In this document: one piece after another, positions 10,260 to 18,509 of the stretch | Position numbering within the stretch: position 1 is the first letter of the stretch | Layout of the letters: each line of letters starts with the position of its first letter | Assembly: GCA_937625935.1 (NCBI GenBank) | Contig: OW569366.1 | Span: forward strand, 435,552-499,551 | Origin: Tetramitus jugosus | Lineage: Eukaryota > Protista > Heterolobosea | Direction: 5' to 3' | DNA length: 64,000 nt | The notes under the pieces: generated by a model | What the model was told of the DNA's origin: nothing | The model's database searches: none | Seen by the model: only the letters and a program-made list of their open reading frames with translations | Program-made: the position numbers and the translations under genes

Positions 10260-10920
10260 TTCACAAAATGGATGATGTGAATATGATTGGAAAGATGTTA
10301 ATCAAGCACAGTTCAACAGTAATGCTGAGATATCTGACGGAGCTACTATTCATCTGCCCGAGTGGGAACCATCGGTCAGAACAACTTTTCGGCTTGCACA
10401 GCACTCTTTGTGAAATCCATGAGAGGGAAGAGATATCAAGAAACCAACATTCTGTGGATGGACACTCTTCAAACCACATCACCATAGATGGAAATCAAAA
10501 GTTCTTTCATGAAATGGTGCTCAATGAGGCTATATGAGAAGAGAATAATCATCATGAATCCCAAAGTCGCTGTGTGTACAAATTATCTAACTACTTGCCA
10601 GTTAGGTCTCTTAGACTGCTCAGCAGGCTGGACTGTACCAACAACAAACAGCTGATGTAATAATCAAGGACTTCGAGTCACTGAATACCGAGATTGGCAA
10701 GGGGATCGATCCTAAAACCTACCAACAGGTGATCCACGCGGTGAGAACAATGTCAGAGCGTATGAATATGGAGTTGCATCAAACAAAGGGATTCATAGAT
10801 ACTATCAGATTCAATAGAAAGTACCCGAGAGGAAAAGAAGAACGGAAGGAATTGTTCCTCCAGATCTGTCGGGATTCGCAATGGTGGTTGCAAGGTCGCT
10901 GCAATGGAACATAAGAATCA
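10260..10920 (+). pseudogene. Decayed coding-like sequence of unknown family, possibly part of the transposon relic
   Basis: Protein-like stretches (YQQQTADVIIKDFESLNTEIGKGIDPKTYQQVIHAVRTMSERMNMELHQTKGFIDTIRFNRKY) interrupted by stops. Confidence 0.3.
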
Positions 10921-11166
10921 GTTCGGCGCACTGATGAAAAATGGTATGAAAAAAGAAGTAGTGCAGCGAAAGGCCCATAGTTTTGTGTGCTGGGTGCTGA
11001 ATCACAACGCGGCACAGACTCTACCAGCAATCAAAGGACTGCAAACAGTAGCAACCGCGTGTTGTATTAAAAAACAAAAAAAAAGTTTTTTCCGATTTTT
11101 TTCCGATACCTTTTTGTATTCTCCGATGTTCTTGGTTTGAAATCGAACAAGTTCGCGAACACAGAA

Positions 11167-12585
11167 ATGAGGTCACCAGACAAGAAGGTAGAAGTGTTTG
11201 TCGCTGGAGTCATCACAACAAAAGTATTGGGTAGTGGAGGATCTGAAGACAACCATTCTTCCTCAAAGTTTACTCAACTTTCTCTTCAAGATCTGGACGG
11301 TACAATCATTGATATTCAGGGAACAGACAACGATGTCTACATTCTGACGAGCACTGGAAAACTGTACTCTTCCTATTCATTTTCAAAGCTCCACAAAGTT
11401 GCCAACTACCATCTATACTTGGTTGAATCACTGTCCGATGTATCCATAGAAGCCATTTACTGTGGTGGATTGTTTGTTCATGTCAAATCTCGAACAGGTC
11501 AATTGTACACAATGGGTGACAATGCAACGTATCAGCTTGGTTTACGTTGCACACCGGATGCTGCATCTGAGAAATTTCTCCCGTTAGATATGGCAATGTT
11601 CGATGACATCATGACGACCGTCATGACGAACAACAATTCCTTGGATGATTTTTATCAACAGCGCTGTCCCATAGAGTTAGTGAGTAGTACGGACAGAACA
11701 GCCTTTTATTTGGCAAAAAATCGTAGAGAATTGTTTGCGAGTGGAGCCCTGGTGAATTCGACTGTTACTGAACCGATCCGACCAGTTTTGCCCTCGTCTG
11801 TCGTGTCTGAGCTTCAGGCACAACCAGACTTGCACATCAAACAAATTACATCGGGCAGCAATCACACTCTTGTCTTGTTCAGCAATAACAGAATCATGGG
11901 ATTTGGACGGAATGATCACTCTCAACTGGGATATACAAGTTCAGGTGAATTAGGTCAGTGGATTTCATTTGATTTTGGAAGTCCGATTCGCTACTTGTAT
12001 GCCGGTAGTTTTCATTCATTCTTCCTAACAGAAAACTCTACATTTTCATGTGGATACTCTGGTGATGGTCGATTGGGACACTCTGGTTCGAACCTTGGTC
12101 AAATCACTTGTTTCACAACCGATCCAACAACCAAGGAATCATCATTTTTCGTCGAAGACATTATCGGACGAGCTTCGACAATGTTTGTCGTGCGAGACAA
12201 GGAAAACAAACGCAGACTGTTCAGCATAGGCAGTAACCACTATGGAGAGGCCGGTATAGGCAGCACAGGTTCATTGTCTTATGTTGTAGAAACAAAGGAC
12301 CCACACATTTGTTCACTCATTAATGATCCTTCATATACAATGAAGCACGCATGTGGATACTACTTTCGATTTCTCTATTTTACAGGTAAGCTCTCTTCAT
12401 TCGTCATGTTGGTTTTCAACTTGTTCATCATCTAACACTCTAATCTTATGATCCATCGAGCAGAGAATGCAATGCAAGACCCTCTATTTTTCAAGCGACT
12501 TTATGCTGCAGTGCCCAAGCAACGATACACTGACATTTCCATCAGTTGTTCCTCCCATCATCTGCCAGATGAATACTACTACTAA
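11167..12585 (+). CDS. RCC1/BLIP-II repeat beta-propeller protein; 2 exons (11167-12385, 12464-12585)
   Basis: Repeats include LYTMGDNATYQLG, ITSGSNHTLVL..GFGRNDHSQLG, YAGSFHSFF..CGYSGDGRLG and SIGSNHYGEAG. A GTAAGC..CAG intron at 12386-12463 restores the C-terminal FFKRLYAAVPKQRYTDISI. Confidence 0.85.
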
Positions 12586-12627
12586 ATTCATGATCATATA
12601 TAAATTATTCAAGAGAGAGAATATCGA

Positions 12628-13340
12628 TCAGCGTTTATGTTCATCCTTTTGTAAAACTCGCCTTATTGACCATTGTAGTGAGCTAGAAAGAGGGTACGAC
12701 ACAAACTGCATCGTCATCAAAAGACTTTTTACAAGCAAGTATTCTGTATCATCAGAGTGCACGAGTTCCTTTAGAGATGCACGAGAGGATAATGTTACTT
12801 TAGCTAGAAACTGCAATGTAGATAGTGGGATATCATATCTGACCTGAATCACATACACCATCAACGGAAACACACGGATAACATTGATCGATTTGGAATT
12901 AATATTGAAACTGGACGAGTGGACAGTATGGAAACGCTGCAATTGTGTATAGCCCAGTTGTGTGTTAAGAAACATTCGACCTTGCCACGGAAGCAGCTTG
13001 ATTCTTTCCATTGACTATGTTGTGAAAATGCAGAAACTTAGCTGTCGGTAAAATTGAAAGACTAAATCTTACTGGTTTCGGCTCGTGATATCCCACAATT
13101 AGCTGATCGGATTTCTCGTCAGGAATCAGTTTGAAAATAATTCCTCCCTCAGCCCGATTTGAATACTCCTGCCAGTAGGTCAGACGACAGTTCTTATTTG
13201 CTCGTGTTTTTTGAGCTACTTGGGATAGTATCGTCCTTGAGGCAATTCTGGTTTGAGCCACAGGATCTATCTACTGTATCCTGTTGACCAGATTTCTGCC
13301 ATGCCCATTGGTTGTTCACAAAATCAAAGAATTCAACCTG
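12628..13340 (-). pseudogene. Possible disrupted gene of unknown function with one intron-like segment
   Basis: ORFs 12965-13261 and 12628-13011 can be joined through a GTAAGA..CATAG intron-like segment (about 13072-13015). The upstream part has stops and no clear start. Confidence 0.3.
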
Positions 13341-13478
13341 ATGAAATGAAAAATATCAACTGCCAATTAACCCAGAGTCTAAGAAAACCCAGAGGTGCAC
13401 AGATAAAAGGATGAGATGTTGTTGCTTTCCACTGAATTCAAACAACAAACAACCAAAACTAACAATCAATCATCTAAC

Positions 13479-13961
13479 ATGAGAGTCTTTAACATTCTTG
13501 CCTGCTGCCTCTTCATTTGCCTTTTGGGAACATTGAGTGTTCAAGGAACAGGTGTTGGTACTTGCCAACAGAAGGTTGCACTCTGCGCTGCTCAACCAAA
13601 CACTCCGTTGTGTTGCAGATGGACTCCTCCGCCAGTGAGAGGCGTTCCAACTCCAACTCAAGAGCAATGCTACAGCAGTACTCAGTATAACTGCATTACT
13701 GATTTGTCAGTCGGTGATGCATGCTTGTGTCCTGCTGGTCTTCGATGCTGCAACAAGGCTTGTTATGATACTGCCATCCATATTTGTGCAGTAAACAATC
13801 AACCATCCACCGGAGCTCCAGCTCGTCAACTCTGTCCTGTTAATGCCCCATTGTCTTGCAATGGAGCTTGTTATTCATCTCAACAATTCCAATGCTGCCC
13901 AGGTGCACCAGGTCAAGGTGGTAACTTGAGACCAGTTGGTTCTCAATGCCCTGTGTTCTAA
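13479..13961 (+). CDS. Small secreted Cys-rich protein with CBM52-like (beta-1,3-glucan-binding) repeats
   Basis: Signal peptide MRVFNILACCLFICLLGTLSVQG followed by repeats QCYSSTQYNC..CLCP, ACYDTAIHIC..LCP and SCNGACYSSQQFQCC, resembling the CBM52 pattern CYxxxxYxC..LCP..CNGACY. Confidence 0.7.
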   Translation: MRVFNILACCLFICLLGTLSVQGTGVGTCQQKVALCAAQPNTPLCCRWTPPPVRGVPTPTQEQCYSSTQYNCITDLSVGDACLCPAGLRCCNKACYDTAIHICAVNNQPSTGAPARQLCPVNAPLSCNGACYSSQQFQCCPGAPGQGGNLRPVGSQCPVF

Positions 13962-14079
13962 TCTTCGGCAGAGAAGTCGGCGAAAATCATTGTAAATACA
14001 CGCCAGGGAACAACCTGAAGAGCTAAAGCCTACCATTCGATCATTCGAACATTTTATCGTAATAAACAAAGATTTTTTT

Positions 14080-14750
14080 TGGCAACGCACAGTTCTGTGG
14101 ACAACGAGAGTATTTGCGCAATTGGCGCTCGCTCATGGACAAGCCAGACGTTCATTCGTGAATGAACCAATCATAGAACAGTACACATGAGTTGTAGGAA
14201 GTCTTGTCGTCTCTCATAAGAATCATCACATAGATACCGCTCATCATTGTGCCGTACAAAACTCATATATGACAGCAAAGGAGTCTTCTCACATATCGAA
14301 AGGCTTTTGCTCCTGGCCCGCCAAACCACAAGAACCCCAGCAACAACCTGTCGAAAAAGGATTCAAAACTCACACCCGCTCAGCCAGACTCGAGCAACGA
14401 CAGAAGACTTGGTCTGACTGGAAGATGAAAGCTGAGGCGATCAGTAATTGCTGGATGTCCTCTCGATGTTGCTCTGAGTATGGAAGAAGAACGAATAGTA
14501 TTTGTTTGTGTGAAAAGATTTCCACTCCTGGCATTATGGTTCTCTTGAAACTTCCAATATTTTTGGAACAATGGCATTTTTCACCCGAGTTGTCAAAACA
14601 GTCATCACATGTTATCCTTGGCAGTTTCAACAGAGATAGCTTTTGTTTGGCCGCACTCTTTTCATTGCAGTGTTCACAGTGGTACATGTTCATGATCCAT
14701 TGAGGCAAGTTCAACGGATTCAAACATTCACAAATACCGCAGCGCAACAT
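14080..14750 (-). pseudogene. Chimeric remnant including a ubiquitin-specific protease (USP) Zn-finger segment
   Basis: YHCEHCNEKSAAKQKLSLLKLPRI matches the USP YxCxxC..AxK..LPxI segment. No Cys box, His box or ATG start; downstream frames are stop-ridden. Confidence 0.4.
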
Positions 14751-14807
14751 TTCGCATCCACGTTAACCAATGATTGCTCGAAGGATATTCGTACAGAGTG
14801 AAGGATG

Positions 14808-15878
14808 TCATTTGTGGTAACAAATGAATTTTCTCTTTGGGTCCTTGCTTCTTGTGTGTTCCACAGCTGCTTGAAGAGGAGCATAGAGATTGATCTCACA
14901 GAGTGCAGACACTTCGAAGTATGAGTGAACCCTAAATTGTTGCATGAGTTTCTTAACTCCGGAATAGTAAGTTTGTATCTCTTCTTTGTTCCTAAAAGTT
15001 CGCTTGTCAATCTTGGTGATTATCAAGTAGACTAAGGCATTTGGTTCTTGTTCTGAGGCTATTCTGACAGCGGTCTTAAAGTTTAAGAAATTGTGATCAT
15101 ACTGGCGACTCGTTGAGAGATCAAAATTACAATCGAAGCTAAAATCAAGGAACAACCATACAAATCTCAGAGATGGATGTTTGAGGAAGCCCAAATACCT
15201 TTCAGCGTCACCAACAAGTCCAGGAGAATTGAAAAAACTAAGTCTTGCAACTTCAACTCCCTCCTCTGTTCCCAATTTGACGAGATAGTATGACGTGCTA
15301 AATTGACGTGTAAATTGCTTGTGATCAAGCTTACCTTCTTTCAACGTGTCAAGGTATGCTTGCTTTCCCACATACCCACCAAATCCTGCTACTCGAATCG
15401 TGAGTTGATCCTTGCTTGGTAGAGAGATTGGTCGTAACTGTCTAAAATCACAATGTATGCGATCTACATAAACCATTTGCTTGTATTTTTGTTGCCAGTA
15501 TGATAAATCAGGGTCTTGTAGCCTCGAATCAACATCCACCATCATTACTAACTCACCAACAATGAGAGCAATGCAAGAGTGTCGTCGGCCACACAAACGC
15601 TCTTCTTGTTCCTTCACCAAGTACCTCCAGAAGTTAAGCTTTGGATCCGTGATCACATCGCACCAAGCAGAATTGACAGACATGAGACAAGCGATAGAAA
15701 CAGTGTCCATGTCCAGATGAGAATCTTGGCCATTACATTGACTTGCATCGAAGCGCATCTCCAGAAATGAGAAGATGATCATGATTAGCTCTTTGGGCAG
15801 CAACCAAGGTTGCTTTGGGATGAAAGAACCAGATTGGGCAATGGTTGATCGCTGGAATAGAGCAAGAAGACGAAGCAT
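14808..15878 (-). CDS. F-box protein fused to a degenerate Ras-superfamily GTPase domain
   Basis: F-box LLPKELIMIIFSFLEM..LMSVNSAW. The C-terminal G-domain is decayed: G1 GFGGYVGKQ, G3 FFNSPG, G4 ITKID, G5 FEVSAL. Start codon uncertain (first ATG at 15878). Confidence 0.75.
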   Translation of the reverse strand: MLRLLALFQRSTIAQSGSFIPKQPWLLPKELIMIIFSFLEMRFDASQCNGQDSHLDMDTVSIACLMSVNSAWCDVITDPKLNFWRYLVKEQEERLCGRRHSCIALIVGELVMMVDVDSRLQDPDLSYWQQKYKQMVYVDRIHCDFRQLRPISLPSKDQLTIRVAGFGGYVGKQAYLDTLKEGKLDHKQFTRQFSTSYYLVKLGTEEGVEVARLSFFNSPGLVGDAERYLGFLKHPSLRFVWLFLDFSFDCNFDLSTSRQYDHNFLNFKTAVRIASEQEPNALVYLIITKIDKRTFRNKEEIQTYYSGVKKLMQQFRVHSYFEVSALCEINLYAPLQAAVEHTRSKDPKRKFICYHK

Positions 15879-15983
15879 GTGATTGGCTTTTTTTCGTGCT
15901 TGATGATTCTGTTTTTCTTGGCCTGCGTGGACCAAGCTCAATCAACATGTCCTCACTTCGTCGCAATCAGAGAAAAAACCAGG

Positions 15984-16008
15984 GAAAAGCGCGTAAGTTG
16001 ATCCAATT
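15984..16008 (+). promoter_or_regulatory. Putative upstream element of 5S copy 2
   Basis: GAAAAGCGCGTAAGTTGATCCAATT, with TCCAATT starting at -19 exactly as in copy 1. Confidence 0.55.
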
Positions 16009-16020
16009 CAAATCATTGAT

Positions 16021-16140
16021 GTCTACGTTCATACAATGGTGGAACCACCTCTTCCCATTTCGAATAGAGAAGTTAAGCACCATCTGGCTGAGTTAGTATT
16101 GAGATAGGAGACTACTCGAGAACCCTCAGTAATGTAGGCT
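16021..16140 (+). rRNA. 5S: 5S rRNA gene, copy 2
   Basis: Identical by eye to the copy at 7690-7809, followed by TTTT. Confidence 0.95.
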
Positions 16141-16200
16141 TTTGCGTTCAGTTTTCTTCCCGAAGAGTGGATACTTTATTCAGTGGCTCGGATGAATGCT

Positions 16201-16836
16201 TTATGTATCGGGTTGAGCATTGTTTGAATCGAAATGGAACGAATCCTTCATCGTTCGAAACGTTAAGGATGTTCGAACATAGGTGTCTGGATCTGTGACA
16301 TCCTTCAACGATTGAGGACACCCCTTCATCTTGATAACATCCTTTAGCGAAGGAATTTCATGTTTCCAGTCGTACCTTGCTTCATCTTTCATTACCACCA
16401 GACTCCTTGGCTTCAACTCCATAAAAACTCTGTCCTTGGCACCATTTTCTTCCTGTGGGTAGAATATCATGAGACAAGAACTCTGTAAACTTAAACTGCA
16501 GATAATGGGACCAAAATCCATAAAGTCCATATGTTTCTTTATGCCTTGTCTCCTTCCTGTGTACTCATTGATAATCATTTGATTGATCTGGCAAGATTCA
16601 GGATAGAACTGGTTGTTGATTCGATCAACAATGACTTGAATTTCGTCAGGTATTGACTTCATTCGCGCCACAATTGCCTGATCCTTGTACGAGTACTTGA
16701 ATCCATATTGGATGGTTCTCCTGGAGATCTCTGTGGACCAATCCTCATTTTGGCTCAAAAATTGGATCAAGTCAGCTTCTTCTTCTGCTGAAATGAAATT
16801 CTCGACATAGGTCAACCCAGGTATTGTCGTTGTCAT
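16201..16836 (-). CDS. AlkB-family 2OG-Fe(II) dioxygenase
   Basis: PGLTYVENFISAEEEADL, RRTIQYG, NQMIINEY, GIKKHMD (HxD), SLSL, PRSLVVMKDEARYDWKHEI and RTSLTFR. Confidence 0.92.
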   Translation of the reverse strand: MTTTIPGLTYVENFISAEEEADLIQFLSQNEDWSTEISRRTIQYGFKYSYKDQAIVARMKSIPDEIQVIVDRINNQFYPESCQINQMIINEYTGRRQGIKKHMDFMDFGPIICSLSLQSSCLMIFYPQEENGAKDRVFMELKPRSLVVMKDEARYDWKHEIPSLKDVIKMKGCPQSLKDVTDPDTYVRTSLTFRTMKDSFHFDSNNAQPDT

Positions 16837-17135
16837 GGTGATGTTCTCTTGCTTGGTTTTTGTCTGGATCTTTTCACAGGATGGAACTCGAAATACTGAA
16901 GCTTGAAATTCAGAATTGCATGACATATTCTCCGATTCACAGGTCAATTTACCAGTTGGACTACCACCAAAAAAACTATGGCCAAGAAGACGACTAGTAT
17001 ATACTAATAGTAGTACTAAGTATTTGTCAAATAGATACCCGCCTGGTCCTATACAAAGTTCTTGTGCGAATCCAAGAACTGAAATCGGAGAATAGCGGAT
17101 CCGAACTACAACGCTCCATCGAATGAACAAACACA

Positions 17136-18197
17136 ATGAGCTTCAAAGAGTCTTCATCCGCGAGTAGTCCAAGTGCTAATAGAGTGATATCGCCTCCTCC
17201 TCCAAACAATCAATTCGAACAATTGAGGCTATTGAAAGCCAAGATGAAGTCTTTGCCCATCCCAATGAAACCTCCATGTTCTCCTCCACAAGACTCCTCT
17301 GAGAAAGAGAGGATACCCATGGTCTTTCAACAAAACATGGAACCCTCATTTCAAGATAATTCAGAGCTTCATCAGGAAGACCACAAAGTGTCGATTGATA
17401 AGTATGTGCCTACTGTAGACGACATGCCTGTTGGTAACCGCAAACAAAACCGAACACCCAAAAAACCTGACATTCTAAGATCGAAATCGAGTGCTAACAT
17501 TTCTCTTGCTCAAGTTCCAAAGGACTCTTCTTCAAAAGAACAAGAGAGGCCAAGATCTCAAAATGATGTACGAACCAAGAACCTGGCCAACAAGAAAAGT
17601 CGGAAAACTGTCAAAAAGAAAGGACACGAAGTTTCAACAAAAGTACTACAACAAGTTGCAGAGCATCCAACAATCATATCTCCAAGCACCTCAGTTCGAG
17701 CAGAGAGCTACAGTTCTACCGAACCAAACTCTCTTCTAGAGGACCCAACCTATACCCAATCAATAATGTCTTGGCACTGTGAACAATGCAACAACGACTG
17801 TGTTATTATCAGGGAAGAATGTCGATGTTTATGTGGTCATCGATACAAGGAGCACACCTCGGGCAACAAATGCACTATTGCCAAATGCAAATGCAGATCA
17901 TTCTTCTATGTTGTTGCAGAAGGAGCTTGGATTATTCGCTGTCGATGCAAACATAAGCATACTGATCATGATCCTTCAGGTAGTCACCAATGCACAAAGT
18001 TCAACTGTAAATGCTCCGGTTTTCATTCTCCATTTGTATGTAATTGCAACCATCCATGGCATAAGCACATCCAAACAAGGAGAGAGACAAAGAGAGTTCC
18101 AATATCCCAATTGATGATTCCTGATATGAATGTGGGTGACCCTTCGCACATTAGGCGCGGATCACTAACCGATTCGAAGTCTGTTAACCTGCAATGA
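17136..18197 (+). CDS. FAM221: FAM221 (DUF4475) family Cys/His-rich protein
   Basis: CRCLCGHRYKEH..CKCRSFFYV..WIIRCRCKHKHTDHD..CKCSGFHSPFVCNCNHPWHKH. Confidence 0.85.
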   Translation: MSFKESSSASSPSANRVISPPPPNNQFEQLRLLKAKMKSLPIPMKPPCSPPQDSSEKERIPMVFQQNMEPSFQDNSELHQEDHKVSIDKYVPTVDDMPVGNRKQNRTPKKPDILRSKSSANISLAQVPKDSSSKEQERPRSQNDVRTKNLANKKSRKTVKKKGHEVSTKVLQQVAEHPTIISPSTSVRAESYSSTEPNSLLEDPTYTQSIMSWHCEQCNNDCVIIREECRCLCGHRYKEHTSGNKCTIAKCKCRSFFYVVAEGAWIIRCRCKHKHTDHDPSGSHQCTKFNCKCSGFHSPFVCNCNHPWHKHIQTRRETKRVPISQLMIPDMNVGDPSHIRRGSLTDSKSVNLQ

Positions 18198-18509
18198 GTA
18201 ATCAGCCAATAAATTGATCTGAACTGTGAAGCTCTCATTGGACATACATGCACATAAACATAGATCCTTATTTTCAGATCTCAAACTACGATTACATCAA
18301 TAGATGTACAGAGTGAGCGAGAGCACAGGAATATGATCCAGTTCCCTAAAAGCGAGTCCTTAAGACCGATTCGTGCCAACCAGCAACCAAAATAACCCGC
18401 TCATTGGACATTTGACAGCCTTCCCAAAAATCAAAACATCCACTGCACTTTGTGACGAAGAAAAAAGACACAACAACATCCACCACACACACCCAACACC
18501 TCCACAAAA

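Noticed and set aside
7690-16140. The two 5S copies as LTRs or direct repeats of a composite element (Cassandra/SINE3-like)
   Set aside because: Identity is confined to the full-length mature 5S with its terminator. No PBS, PPT, TSD or SINE body; ordinary genes lie between the copies.
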